A DNA stretch of 63,209 nucleotides, filler included, from Choristocarpus tenellus KU-1152 (GCA_964200185.2; 9 parts of 9 records of this genome joined end to end with filler, not necessarily neighbours in it), one strand, 5' to 3'. Counted from the first letter of the whole stretch, positions 35,323 through 49,548 are shown. Notes: generated from the sequence alone by a model not told the origin. Numbers and translations: made by a program.

Positions 35323-38052
35323 TCATCTAAATTTGTCAAGGACACGAGTGCCCTCTTCCTCCCACTCTTCCTTTGAGGCCCAGAACTCGTCCCTGCTTTT
35401 CATGACATCTGCAAGCACAGCACCCCCAATGAACACCATATGTTTCCGGCGTGGGGGGTCTTCAATATTGAGCTTGAACTTTTTGAGTCGTTCTGTATCA
35501 CCCTTGAGCACACCTTGGAGGTATCTGAGGGAGTGGAAAGGCACACAGAAATAGCACAAAACATGAAGAAGACCAGCACTGATGAAGAACTTCCAGCAAT
35601 TCCCCCTGAAGCCATTGGCATTCTTGAGGCTTGATGCAATGAGGGTATTCCATATATTGGGTGTACACACTAAAATCATAGAGCTTTCCTTTGAATAGTA
35701 TCGTTTGTGTTCAAAGAACTGCAGCCAATCTCAAGAACTGTTGAAATTATTCATCCAGTGCACACACCTCCGTATGACCTAAAAGCTTTTTACATCAACC
35801 ACCAAATAGTTGGTATAATTGAATGGGATATATGGCATAATGCATTCTCACTCGTCAAAGACAAGAGCATTGCACTATGCCCAACTCTATACTCTATAAA
35901 TGTCAACATCAGTATGAAACAAGCAGAACTGTTTTAAAGTAATCACTCCAAGCAAAGGCGTATCCAAATAACTGGATCACCTACATATTGGTATGTGTGA
36001 CAGGCACAAAAATTCAAGTACTCAAGACAGCCCATGCACATACAAAGAGGCTCAATCTTGATACTGCCAGTCGATTAAACTCTATCACACACCAAGCAGT
36101 ACAGTGCCAGCAATCATTGTACGCAAAGCTCTTAGATGTTTTACTCTTCAGAACAATAATCTGATGCAACCTGACTTTACTCTTTTTGGCTTGAGACAAA
36201 AAAACACCATGCAGTCAGGAACGTTTATAATATTGGTGTGTTTGAGGCCCAACCATTATAGAAACACCTTGACATAATTGTTCTTGATGAAAGAGCAAAA
36301 CACGCACAACATAATCCATTTGGAATGTGGACAGTCGAAAGTGGTGTATCAACTGGGTCGTTCAGACAACCCCTGCATAGTGCCCCCCTTTAAAAGCGAT
36401 AAGGTGCTAGCAAATAGCAAAAAGTGATGGTTGTCTACATCTTCAGGTAAGACAATTGCTGTTGAGGCACAGGACAGATGAGAAAGTACTAGCTACTCCT
36501 GTAGTAAATAGTGTGTAGAGAATGCGGTGGGGGGTATTGTAAAGTTCCCAAGGCCAAGGGTTGGAGCTTGCATCAAACCATTCAATTTACGAGTTGATAC
36601 AACGTTTTGACTCCCTCTTACTTCTTTGATGGCATTATGCAAAAGCTTTCTTCAATCAAAAGGTTTGTTAGCATCTGAAAACTATTTCGACACATCAAAA
36701 TCCTGAGGACCATACCAACATGTCCACAGCTATGACCCCCAAACCCCTATCTTTATCATTGAAAAGGGAAGGCAAACGTTTGGATAACCATAAACCAGGA
36801 GATATCCTTTCGCTTAACAAGAAAGTAGGATAGGCACTGGCATGGTGGACATGGCAAATCTCGTGGGGCAAAGGTAGTGAGGTTACGAGCAGAAGATGAG
36901 GGAATAGAATAAGCGAAGCCATAGTCACACCTTGCTTTGATGTCTTTTTCCAGTCGTGTAGGAAAGCCTGGGTACATTGATGTCCCCCCAGAAAGCACAA
37001 TGTGCTTGTAGTACTCCTGACGGCAATCCATATCGGACTTCTGCACCATCTCGTACACCATATCGCCCAAACCGGGCTTCTCCACATCCACTAGGCTGGG
37101 GTCAAAGAGTGGCTCAGGCGCCTCAAAGCGCTCACGACCTAGCTTGATCACACGGCCGTCTGGAAGTGTATAACTTTCCTCCAGCACTGTGGTTTCCTGC
37201 GCAAGCCGGCGTTCCATTCCGATGTCGTGTGCGACATAGCACAGCTTCTCCTTTATTTGGCGTACAGTCTCAAAATCCGCAGTGCGGTTGAAAGCATAAC
37301 CACGCAACATCAACAGCTTGATGAGATACCTGGTTATGTGGCGCCCCGCCACATCCAGTCGACTGATAAGATTCTGCGGGACAAATCCATCGAACACGGG
37401 AATCACATGGCTCACTCCATCACCACTATCCACCACAACACCGGTGAGCAAACCTTGCGCATACAGAGTGAGCATAGCCTGGATAGACACGTTGCATGCA
37501 CCGAAACCAAATTTCTCGAACATGTACTCCACCATTTTTTCCCTGTTCTTCACTGGGTTGAGCGGTGGTTCAGTCAAGAGGATCTTGTGCTCGCTGGGAT
37601 TTATTCCCATTTTTTCGTGGAAGGTGTACTTCCATAACTCTTCCATCTCGTCCCATTTTTGAATTATGCCATTGGAGACAGGGTAGCTGGTCTCCAACGA
37701 TGCACGCACTGCAGCAGCAGCATCCCCACACATGATGTCTTTAAGCTGCACGTTCTCCTGGAACACCTCCTCAGCCCTCAAGATGGGGCGGCCCACAAGC
37801 GACGGAAAGATGGAGCGAGGGAAATTCTCTCCGGCATATCCAACCTAATCGTAAGCAAAATATGAGGCGTTAAATCGCATCGATTATTAGGGGGTTCTCC
37901 CTTTGTAAAAGAGGTTGTGCTCAGCAACAAAAGGGAACGGTTGAAAAAACGACTAATTATGATATGATTGGCAGCTGCATCCTGCCCACCTTCACAAAAC
38001 CAGTGCCATTATCGCACACGAGTGCGTTCATGTCCTCTAGATGCATCATCAT
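35323..38052 (-). CDS. ARP2: Actin-related protein 2 (Arp2/3 complex)
   Basis: Exons 38052-37990, 37844-36931 and 35524-35323. [58 protein letters not shown] and [15 protein letters not shown] are Arp2 signatures. Confidence 0.97.
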
Positions 38053-38273
38053 CACTCCGCCCTCTTGTACTTTGAGGTGATACAATGTCTAAAATACAGG
38101 ATGGAGACTTAAAATCATTGGGAAGGATTAACAATACTTCGGTTTCACTCCCAAACTCGCACTTCACTCTTCACTCTTCACATCAAATATTATATAGATA
38201 AAACAGTACGCATAGACAACAACAGCGAGATCTTTGGCTTCATGTACAGCAAGCAGGGAGAGAAAATATAGAA

Positions 38274-38994
38274 ATGGATGCTGTGATCATTCTCCTTGCT
38301 GATGCCCTTGTCGCGTTGAAGACAGAGGAGTACGGCTTGGCAGAAGAGAGATTGAGCCGTGTTGTAGCCGAAGCCTCATCGCAGTTCGGTCCAAATGATA
38401 TCGTAACAGCACGGGCGCTGGGGTACTTGGCGAGGGTTTGTGCGACACAGAAGAAATATGATCTTGCTATTCCTATGTACGAGAGGTTACTGCGGATCCA
38501 CCAAGCCCTACCAGAACCGTCAAACTCAGATCATGCATCTGCACTTATCGAACTGGCGGCCCTCTCAGACGGAGTCACAGATCGTGTCGAGAGTGCTGGT
38601 GCTCTGAAAGCCAAGGTAAGTGGGCGTGTACTTCCACTTGGAGTACTTTTCACCACATAATGAATGTTCCTTCAAATGTACCTTCCTCACCATTCCCTCG
38701 CCATGCAAGGGCAACGCCATGTTGGCCGACATTGCAGAGCGTATGGCAAAAGCGGATGCAGAAGTACAAGGTGGCACTGACTCTGAATCATCAGAAGACG
38801 ATCAATCAGAAGAAAGCGATTCAGAAAACGAGAGTGATCACTCCTCCAGCAACAAAGCTTGTGGGGACAGAATTCACCAAGATGAGCAAGAAGATAAAAA
38901 GGACTTTATCCAGGAAGCTGGAAATACAGAAAGATCGGAAGAAATACTTTGTACTCAAAAAAAGGATGGCCTAGACATATCGCAGAAGTTCTGA
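38274..38994 (+). CDS. Small TPR-repeat protein (kinesin-light-chain-like TPR) with acidic tail
   Basis: Exons 38274-38615 and 38710-38994 in phase. FGPNDIVTARALGYLARVCATQKKYDLAIPMYERLLRI is a TPR_10/12 pattern. Confidence 0.8.
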
Positions 38995-39493
38995 GCACGT
39001 CTTGTGTGATTACAAAATACCAAGTTTCGAAAGCCACTTAGTTTTCCCCAAGTCAATGCTTTCGACTAGTTCAACCTACGTACCTGTACATCGTTTTCAG
39101 ATCTAGTACTTGTCCCAGGGGGTATGATTTGTTCACTATACACAATTCTTGACCTGGGAGTTTTCACTTGAAGTAACACAACACCTGCAAATTATATTGT
39201 GTGCAGAAAAAAAGCCTCAAATGCATGTCATAAGAATCCATCCATTGGGACAACACACATTCGATGTATCAATACCTCATCTGATAGTACAGCTTCATAG
39301 GACCATTAAAAACATTTTATCATCAGCTAACACATTGTTCAATCCAAGTTCTCACACCCTCACAATATGCAAGTATTCTGCAAGGAGTCAAACTTATCAA
39401 AAGCTTGCCTCCTCTCCCATGTCAAGCGATCTGCAACAATCACTGCTGGGCCTCCAGCCACATCAGTTTAAAATATAGCACTATGTCAAGCAG

Positions 39494-42400
39494 TTACAAA
39501 ACATCCAAGACATTGTCGGCACTGAATGCGGCCCGCAAGCTCTTCGACACATCCGCAAGGTGACGCAATGTTGGGCGACCATGTGGACAGTTCCAAGGCT
39601 GCTCAATCTCTGCCATCTTAGCCACAACTCGAGCCATTTGGCCATTATCCAAAGCTGTGCCAATCATTATGGAACTTCGACAAGCCCGGCTAGCAAACAT
39701 GGCTCGGGCCTTTGGCAGTCGAATCACTTTGCCTGCATTCTCTGACACAATGGATGCCAGCTCATGGACATCTTCCACCCCAAACTGTGTGCTCTTGCTG
39801 AAAGGCACAGCTGTAATCTTCAATTTCTTTGTGGTTGGTTGGTCCTTGTCCACCTTGGGCAAGGATAATTATTGGAATATTGAGCAAGTTGGTGGGAAAT
39901 TATTGTTGTTGTTAGTGATTCACATGTCACTGCAAACAACAAACTCTTTGATCAACTACTGCTACCAGAAGGTAATCTATTACTCTTTCTGGGATGAGCA
40001 GCCATCCTCATCAAACTAGTGCTATCAATAAACAGTCACCCTCAGCACAGTGTCTCTCAAGAACATTGGGAATAGCACTGTAACCCTTGTTACCCCCTAC
40101 TCTCATCCCATGGAAGGAGAAAATGAGTGTGTCATATCTCACCTCAAAACAGAAACCGTTCTTCTCAAACAGCGCCAAGTTGTCAATGATTGTCATCTCT
40201 TCCATAGCTGTGGCTTCCACAGGAAGTGGTCTTGCAACGAAGAGCAGCAATCAGTAGTACCGGTTCCAACATCAGAGAGAGGTGGCCGGTTCCATAAACT
40301 CAGGAAAAGACACTCACGCCATAAAGAGCGTCTCCAATGCTTCTCCACTAGTTGTACTGTACAATTGGCTCCATTTTGCTATTTAGAGAGTGGACTGCAA
40401 CTCACAGAGTCAGCTAGGTTTTGATTGTCCTTATCTTGCTCATTTCAAGGTGTATAGGCAGAGCATCATACTAGCTTTGCTGACATCCACTATATACAGC
40501 TCATGGGCATTGAGCTCCTCACCTTACAAGAGGCTGCTGATGAATTGTTGTGTTTTTCTGTAGAGTCTCAAAGTTGTACTTCTCATCACAAGCATGCTGA
40601 TCCAAAATGAATAGGTCTGCACCCAATTGACAGATCATGAAGCCCAGGTTAAATTGACCAACCACACGCATCTCCTTAAAATGCTCCTATGCAAGAAAGG
40701 GTGAGAGGAAAATTTACACAGGTGTGAGACGAGAATATTATGTTACTATAACAGGTACTTACACCACAGTAGACACAATTAAGGCTAGCCCACCTCTTTG
40801 TTCTGGTCCAACACAGAAACACTACCCAAGGTTTGAAGCGATATCACAGTTCCTCACTGTTGTGATCTACTCATATTTAGATCTGTAGCAAGATTTTGGA
40901 AAAATGGCAGAGATATTAAAAGTAAAGCTAGCAAAGACAAGGCCCATTATCAAACAACTACTAGTGGTACAGCTACTGGTGGCAAATATAGTTGTATCAA
41001 ACATGAAGAGGAAAACGTGTAACAAGGAGGCAAGGAAATTAGAGGCATCATAAACTTGCACAACCCTCCCATAAAACAGAGGGATCGTGTATGCTGGTTT
41101 TCCTGTCTGGGATGTGCCTCATTTACTCTAGACATGACTAACCATCCAACGGAGTGCTCACTGAATTAACACTACATCTTCCCTTGCAATCCCTGCCCCT
41201 GCTCAAGATCTAAGTCAAGAGCCACAAAAGGGGCAGCCTTACAGAATCAACTGACCTTATTCAGAACCCTGGAGAAGGCCCGTGCAGCAACATTTGAGTC
41301 CCTCTCATCTGTACTTCCTTTGCCAGAGAGCTGACTAGAGAATGAAGACGCACATGCATTGCGGGCTCCACGAACACGCTTCAAACTGGACAACCGCTGG
41401 CATCCCGCCAAGACCTCATCAAGGTGGAATGAAAGAGTTCCGCTCAAATCATCCTTCTGGCTTCTCCTATTCACATCATCACTAGAGTTCCTACTTCCTT
41501 GTGATCCTGCACACCCTTCCAAACCTCCAACATAGGTCACCTCTTCAGCATCAACACCAATGCCTGTCTCCTGATGGTACTCACCCATGGAGACATCGGT
41601 GATTTCTGCATCCCCCTTTGCACCCCCCACATGTTGGGGAGCTCCTTCAACACTCTCAGTGGCAGTCATGCATACAATGCTAGAGTCATCACCAGCTGCA
41701 TGACTCCGATAATCCAGGGAGTTTTCTGTCATCAATCCCCCTCCACCACCTTCACCATTCAACTCCTCCCCAGGCTCGAAATCTGCCCTTCCTACCATGG
41801 CATGCACACCTGTCTTCTGCTGCTTACGCTTCACATGCATACCCTTCCCTGCAGTATGACCCCCGACCAACATCTCTCCAACACCAACATTGCCTCCCTC
41901 TCCCTTGCCTCTCTTACTTCCCATTTTACAATCCCCTTCCGTGGGATCTGTCCCAACTGAGCCCTGCCTTGAAGATATGACATAACTCAGACTTGGAGTT
42001 GACTGCCTTACAGGTTTAGAACGGAATTCTCCATCTTCCAACTGTGTAGTCTTGGTGGCACTAGTCCTTCCAACATTGGACCTTCCAGCACTGGTGTCAC
42101 CCTCCTTGTCACTGTGAGAACCACTGTCTTTGCTTACTTCTGCCTCACCATTTGCCAGGACAGGAGCATGGGTGGAGGACTGGCAATCCCTCGAAATGTC
42201 TGGGTCCTGCCTTGCTGAGGCTTCTGCAGGCAAAAAGGAAAATGAGCCAGAGGTGATCTTGGCCTGCACAAGCTGTCCCTGGTTGAGAGGCATGGTATAT
42301 CGCGATGGTGTCCATAGCTCATGCAGTTTCTTCTTCAGAGCATCAACTACCTCCCCCTCCTGAGGCACAGTGCCCATGACAAGTGTTAGTCAATTTTATT

Positions 42401-42679
42401 AAGTCATGTAACCGTAAAGGGTGACCTAGGTACATCTACGAACCACCAGTGTGCCTCTTCTGAAGGATATTATCTGCTACACTGATACTGTGGGTGCTTT
42501 GTGTTCATGCTCATTTTGATCCTCTTGTTCATGAAACTCACATCTGTGAGGAAAATCTCCCTCTTATCTGGCGTGACATTAACATCAAACTCTCCAGCAG
42601 GTATCTTCAGGTCCAAAATGATGGCGGGCTTGTGCTTCATCTCATACATTCGCCACACCTCATTCACAGCCCGCAAAAC
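39494..42679 (-). CDS. PMS2: MutL-alpha endonuclease subunit PMS2 (plant/yeast PMS1), 3' part
   Basis: Exons 42679-42542, 42359-41256, 40686-40523, 40230-40143 and 39853-39494. [35 protein letters not shown] and WNCPHGRPT. The ATPase exons are off the contig. Confidence 0.95.
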
Positions 42680-44204
42680 CTGGTATTGCAAATGTGACAC
42701 GTAAAGTCATGTCTAGCAGTGATGAGGGCATCATGGTAGAATCCACTGCACCAAGCTCTAAAAAGCACTATATCAAGATTAACCCTACTGTTTCTGAGAG
42801 GCAATTTGGAGAGAGCATAGCAGCTGCAAGATTGATTTGATGTGGCAAAGGTCAACACAACACAATAGGTGGTGTTCAGGAGTGCACATAGCATTTCTTG
42901 TTGAAAGGAGAAACGTAATAATGTTAAACCACTGGTCATCACACAAGCATGATGTCATAGACACTGGCTTGCACACATGCACTGAAAGGTTGAAGCAATA
43001 TGCATGTAGCCAATATGCATGTAGCCAATAGCAGCTGTCAACGACACAAAGAGTATGCCCTACCAAACAATCACTCAGTGGGTATTAGCAACAGAATGTA
43101 AAACTAAGTAACCACTGTCTGGGAAAAAGACTTAAACTATGAGTAAAGATAGCACACTGCTACATGATACAAAACACAGAACTATTCATCAGGTGATGAT
43201 TTCCACCCTGCCAAAGAAGCTCCGAGGTATTTCCAGGAACTTTGAAATGATCCACCTCAACACTCAACTACACATGCACCAACCGTACAACCTGGCATCA
43301 TTCAGACATATCAATGTGAGGCTAGAGGCAGCATGGCACAGGAGTTGGTGACAATATGTTTGAACAGGTTTGACAGAGCTTCAGTGGCCCCTTCCAGATC
43401 CATTCCTAATCACAACTACATACTTCAACCTCCACTATAAATTATATTATGGATCAGTCCACGATTGCATGCATCAGTGTGAAGGCAAACCAAAATAAAC
43501 CAGTATATAGTAACGCTAAACTGACGTAGTATGACAGGAAAATCGATTCAAATACAGACACAAGCACAAACAATGTGAAATACTTTTCAGCTGTGATCCT
43601 CGCAGATAAGAGCAGAACAACACTGTCAGATGAACAACAATCTCAGATGAACAACACACAAGGACTTGCAGGACTTCAGAAGCAGTCGATGGCAGGGCTA
43701 CAGTAGCAACAGATGCTACTTTTCACCGAGGCCATTGGTAAATTCAACATGGTATGAGAACATGTATGTTCTTCAGGCACTGTCGGTGTTTGATGTTAAT
43801 TAAACCTGAAACATAGGCAAAACATGCAGTAAGACCAAGCCAAAGGCATACCCTCAAGTTAACAGAATATTACTATGCTTCCTCAACTTGGAATTAAATG
43901 TAACATACCTCTTGCATTTAGCAATTGATAAAGAAGCAAATATTCTTCGCATATTCATATTTTATGGGTGTATTGTGTAGACACAAAAAAGGTTGCACAT
44001 CAAAATCTCAAGCAAAATGGGGCAGCCTACACCTATCTATGACTCCATCCCCAAAGCCTTCCAAAACTCCATTCCAGCATGGTATTTGGCCGCATCCACT
44101 GGGGCATTTAGGGGGAGCTTGCCTGCCTTCTCAGCCATTCCCTTGCTAAAATTGGGAATCTTCAAGACGTTTAATGTTGGGAATCTTCAAGATGTTTAAT
44201 GTTG

Positions 44205-44922
44205 TCACCCTTGGCACTTCGCATTTAATTCCGAAAGAGACTCTGCCAGACGTGCTCTAGTGTCTCCTGTTAATTCCCAGGGGTACACATCGAATGCTGT
44301 CATTGTGGCCTCCACCACCTCCTCTGTGATGGTCATCCCCACATCTTCCTTCAGTTGCTGGGTGGAATAAACGAATCCCAGGTCGATGACATTGGGATCA
44401 GATGAGTTGACTGGCTGGGTCTCTAAGACAATGTCATCCCCCGCTGCCTCCTTAATTACCTCCATTATCCCCCCCTTGGCGTGTAGCTGTTGCTTGTCCT
44501 GCTGGATAAAGACGGTTTGTCCTTTCCAGCTTCGGCATGTGGACCTTGATTGCTGGTATGACATCCTCAATCATGAGCTTCTTACACCTCTCCCCGGCCA
44601 TCGTGGCTGGTACAAGCACCTTGGTGCCCTTGGGGTATTGTTTCCTGGAGTACTGAGCGACCTTAGTGTTCACCATTGGTCGGATCCCAATTTTTCCATT
44701 GAACCACACCCCATTGGAGAGCTTCCTATGGCAGGCCACAGCTGCAAAGAATATCACCTTTGTAATGCAACACTCATTCTGTGCCCGTGGGGGGTTGGGG
44801 GGGTCCTCAGTGGGGTGCAGGTACGCGCCCTGCCCATCTTTGAGGATGTAAAACCACTTCTCGTCCATATTTACCCAGTCATACAGATCATTCACTAATA
44901 CCCCGCTCCTCCCCCTCCTGTG
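44205..44922 (-). mobile_element. Decayed Tc1/mariner (plant-type DD39D) transposase fragment, probably intronic in PMS2
   Basis: MDEKWFY, ITKVIFFAAV, FNGKIGI, VIPAIK, FIQQD and QPVNSSDPNVIDLGF (consensus QPPNSPDLNVLDLGF); frameshifted. Confidence 0.9.
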
Positions 44923-45022
44923 NNNNNNNNNNNNNNNNNNNNNNNNNNNNNNNNNNNNNNNNNNNNTTAATTAATTAANNNNNNNNNNNNNNNNNNNNNN
45001 NNNNNNNNNNNNNNNNNNNNNN
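44923..45022. other. Artificial contig-join spacer
   Basis: N44-TTAATTAATTAA-N44. Confidence 0.99.
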
Positions 45023-45045
45023 CCCCCCCCCAGATACTTTGGGTC
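45023..45045. mobile_element. MITE-like terminus (family C) at contig start
   Basis: poly-C plus agatactttgggtc, the same terminal 14 bp as family A copy 26268. Confidence 0.55.
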
Positions 45046-45147
45046 AAAGCACAGCAAGATGTATTTGATAGCTATGGTCAACCACAGCAATGCCATGTTA
45101 ACCAGGATTCATTATGGGAGTTATTCAAATGCTGTTCCTTTGCTGAC

Positions 45148-48100
45148 CTTGTAATGTCATATGAGCCAGGACCCCCTGCCAATGCAGACGCTGCTCTCCT
45201 ACTGTCCAAAATAATCCTTGCGCTATCATTGATGGTTGATCTGTACACCAAGAGGTCAGGATAGAGGATTGAGTGTAAGGACAGCAAAGTTAGTAGTGCT
45301 GGGGATTGAGTCTGGAGCTATGGCATGTCAAAAATACTGGGGATAATGTGATGAAAACTGAGTTGGGGCGGGTAACTTGTCATAAATTTTTTCTTGTACC
45401 TCTTTAGTGAGATGCAAATCCAAGACCAGAGTCAGTAGTTTTTGTGGGCTTTGCAATGAGGTAACAGTTCTCTTGGTATGGTTTTTGCCTCTCACCTCTT
45501 GGGTCCAAGCAAAATACACCCACCAGCACCTGATCTCATTTCCCCAGCTGGAGGTGCCCCATCAGAGTTCAAGTAATGCCCTGGACCAGGGGCACCTTGT
45601 CCCCGCCTCAGCCCCAATCTGGGGACGTGTGTGTGCTCCCTAGGAAATACCACTGTCAGTGGCTTTGTACGATGGGAAAGGATGCTGTCTTCCAGACTCA
45701 GCCCTACCTTTCTACCAACATTTGTTTCCTCCCTTACTACCTTGACTGGTTTCACCGCCGTTGCCTTGACTCTTCTCACTTCCTCTTGCGTATTCCCTTT
45801 CCTAGGTACTAACTCCTCCTCTCTCCCCACCTTGAGTTCTTCCTTGGCGGTATCGCTTTCAACAGCCACCTGAACCACCTGTAGCTTTGCTGCAGCAGAT
45901 GCTGCTGCTTCAGCCCTTGCCTTGTCTGGATCTCTTGCCGAACGGGAGATGAGGGTTGCCTTTGGTGCAGTTCGAATTGCTGCTTCAGCTTTGCTAAGGG
46001 ACAGTAAGATTCACACAGTTATACAAGAGAAGAAAATTGTAACTGTTGGGCACAGTCTAGTAGGGCAGAATTAATATGTTCAGAAGTATTGATCCTTCAT
46101 TTGTTGCCATAGATCTCTAGTAGGAAGGGGGCCTTTTCCTCTTACTCTATGGCTCTAACCCACCATGCTGGAATGGGGGGAGCATGACACGGCATATTAT
46201 GTGCTGCCTAGAGTCTGACTTGAGGGGAGGGGTAGTAGAAAGAAATAAAGTATCAAGGACGAGGGTGAGGGTACATTCAAACTAGCAGTGCAGACTGATC
46301 TCGTCAAACTCCCTAAAGGCTTTGATTATGATGAACTATGAATAGGGTAACGCTCCAAGGCATATAGAATGCTCCCACAACACAGAGTGTCTGGTTGTGA
46401 TCTGAAAGCTATGGTTGATGAGTGGTGCACGATCGGGAACTTGGATAAACAAGCGGAAAATATACTTGGAAGTCTGGCTTGACATAAAAAGTGGTTATCA
46501 TCTCCACCTAACTTGAATGTGGATGGAGCTAACACCGTGGAAATCCGATGATGTCCAAGTTCAATAAGATGACGTCATCCTTGAGGTACAGCTCGCAATA
46601 TGCACTGACCCTTGCTGTCTCGAGTTGAGTATTTTATCCTCGGCTCAAGATAAGAAACTACATTTATTCTGCAAGGTGTCAAGCATAAGGACCTTTTTTA
46701 TCGTTTTATCTTGATAACTGTGAAACACTCTGTGGGTACAATATATATATATATATATTAAAAAAAAACGTATGACAGGTCAAAAAAGGGTTAAAATTCT
46801 CGAATAGTTAGAAAAATATTTTTTGCCTGTCAATCAAGACGTTTTTGAAGAGCTTGCTCAATTTATTTATATATACCATGACATAGCGATCCACAACAAA
46901 CGTTTGGTCATGAAAAACTCAATTTATTGCTGGAGAAATGGGACTTCAACTGTCAATTCCATTCTCAGACAGACCAGCTAGTCAGCTCCACATCTTGCTC
47001 ATCTGGCGAGACAATGCTCATCACAGAATCAATCTACAACCCCACACACAGCACACCCTCTGCCCGTTCTCACCAGACATTGTATTGGCCGGCAACCATT
47101 TTCCCCATCCTTGCCTCCCTTGGCACCAACCCCAGCAGAGTGTCCCTTGAAGCCGTCCCAAATGACATCCCCAATGGTCGCCTGTATTCAGTTGTGTGGC
47201 AAAAGGCTCTTTGAATGTTAAGGCCCATACCTGACTTGCTATCACCACTGGTTGCCTTGCCCAACCCTTTTACCAAATCCTTTGTTGCACTCGGATTCGG
47301 TCGTGTCTCTGTCACGTCCATTTCATGTCCAAGAACTGAGCCTTGGGATCCCCCCCGGACAACTTTGCCAACAATGTTCTGGTCTTTTTCAATAGGGTCA
47401 GCAGCTCCCTGCGGATATGTGCAGCAGGGGGTCTGCAAGCAATGGCATGGGCATGGGCATGGGCATCCAGACTGGCACGTGGTACAGCAGGAGGTACAGA
47501 GATTTTTTCCAGAAGTTTCAGCAGAGGTACCTTCCAGGTTGAATGCATATCCTGAAATACAAGCAATGTGGAGATGGCTTTGACCAGTTGGGACTGGAGA
47601 GGCAGCAGAAGGAATGACTTACATAATGAGTGCCTATCACTGGCTTACTCACTTTACCCTTGGAACAGGATAGTGATATGCATCTGTCATATTTTCATGT
47701 TTCATAGCACTATTGTAAATGGATTGGCTATTGGTGTGCTCCCAAATTATGCATGGGAGTGGGGGGGAAGGGTGGGCGCTATGGGCTGCTCAGTCCTGGG
47801 CTCATAGGTACTTGCCACTTGAAATACGGATGCAGTGTTGAAGTAATGATATTCTGCATACTAAGAAACCCAGCAGTGCAGTGCAAGCACAAGGTGTGAT
47901 GACACTCTATTTCCCTTTCAAAAATAGCACATTAGATGGGATGCAAAGAATCACTCACCATCTTCCTCCTCATCCTCAACGCCACTAAATAACTGGGACT
48001 CTTTTTTCTCACTATAGCTCGCTCTATGTTGATGTTGAACCAGCTCCAGTCCCTTGCTCTGGATTGTAGCTTCGCCCTCTGCCATAGCAGCCTCAGACAA

Positions 48101-48300
48101 CAACACTGAGGCTGATGTTTGGGCTGTAACCATTGACACTTCTGGGCCCATGACAAAACTGACCTCACAAGGTAGAGGATTTAGAGAGCTGCCGGTTTCT
48201 TTTGATCCCTCAGCCGTCTCAGCATCCCATTCATGAAGAGGCTCATTAACATTTCCTGTGCAACGTTGAATACCCCATTTTTTTTTCAAGGGCAGTATCG
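45148..48300 (-). CDS. Internal exons of a PG-rich repeat (SHIPPO/STPG/ODF3-like) protein, possibly flagellar
   Basis: Exons ~48300-47959, ~47400-47070, ~45994-45496 and 45240-45148. Motifs APGPGHY, GGPGSYDI and SFGTASR...AGQYNV. Upstream boundaries are approximate. Confidence 0.5.
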
Positions 48301-49311
48301 GTTCTTGAAAGTCTAAATTGTAGTGCCAAAAGTATAATTTTGCACCATATGCTATCCAGTTAAATTGAAGTCTTCCTTCTTACTGCATGGAAAATGGAGC
48401 CCCCCTCTCCCATGCTACAATACAATCAGGTACTTGCAAGTATGTTCAGCAGAGGACATCGGGTCACGTCACAGCAAAAGTGTGTTCCTTCCTTACTCTT
48501 GTGTGCTCCTTCGTCATTGCTTCAATTCAATGTACGTACATGATTTCCAAGGATACAAGTCTTCAGCTTAAGCAAGGAAAATATTTTATAGCACAGCAAC
48601 AGCATGATTTTGATCTTCTTGCAGCTAGCCCACTATGTTCATTAGTTTGTTGTGCTTCACTAATGGCTGCATTTGATCTTGTCCCTCCCTGTCCAACCTC
48701 TCCCTCCTTCCCTACCAATAACTTACTCACTACATATTACATGCATGATTGTAACCATGGCCATGAATGCAAGAGTGTCGGAAAAATTCTACCTCCAATC
48801 ACAAATCAAAGTGCACCTGTGAATAGTATGGCAATCACAAGTCTCTAGGGATGGGCAGTGGTGGTTGTTGGTGCAACAGAACTTTGGGGAGGCTCACCCT
48901 CAGTGCCTGACTTCCCACTCCTTCTGGGACTTTTGCCACTCCATAAACTTGCAATGTTGTCCAGGCACGAACTTGTAATGTTGTCCACACAAGTTCCATG
49001 GCAGGGACACCTGCACCCATACCAGCACTGTTGCAAAGGCATGTTATGCATGTGCAGATCAATTATGGAGTACCTTAAGCTCACGGTTACTTACAGGAGT
49101 CAAGATGGTAAACCAACATTCAAATAATAGTAAGCATTTTCCCTTCTGGGTTGGTCTTGTTTTTTGTTGTTGTAGTTGGGTGAATATTAAGGATCAGATT
49201 TAATGGTGAGGTTCAAGAAGGTGTGCTACTTGGGAGTATGTAGTAGAATAGAACCAAGATCTGTAGCAGAGTGGTTTGAGGCTCACAAAGGGATACTACC
49301 CTTAGCAATAA

Positions 49312-49332
49312 GACCCAAAGTATCTGGGGGGG
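49312..49332. mobile_element. MITE-like terminus (family C) at contig end
   Basis: gacccaaagtatct plus poly-G; exact inverse of 45025-45045. Confidence 0.55.
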
Positions 49333-49432
49333 NNNNNNNNNNNNNNNNNNNNNNNNNNNNNNNNNNNNNNNNNNNNTTAATTAATTAANNNNNNNNNNNN
49401 NNNNNNNNNNNNNNNNNNNNNNNNNNNNNNNN
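49333..49432. other. Artificial contig-join spacer
   Basis: N44-TTAATTAATTAA-N44. Confidence 0.99.
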
Positions 49433-49548
49433 CTGACACATCTGCAAAATGTCAGAGGGCATAATAATATAATATACATACAGTTTTCATTGGTTTCCTT
49501 CCCCCCTGACACATCTGCGAAATGTCAGAGGGCATAATAATATAAATA
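49433..49548 (+). mobile_element. Two tandem 3' ends of the CRE-like non-LTR element
   Basis: ctgacacatctgc(a/g)aaatgtcagagggcataataat occurs twice and matches the 3' end at ~59325-59363. Confidence 0.8.
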
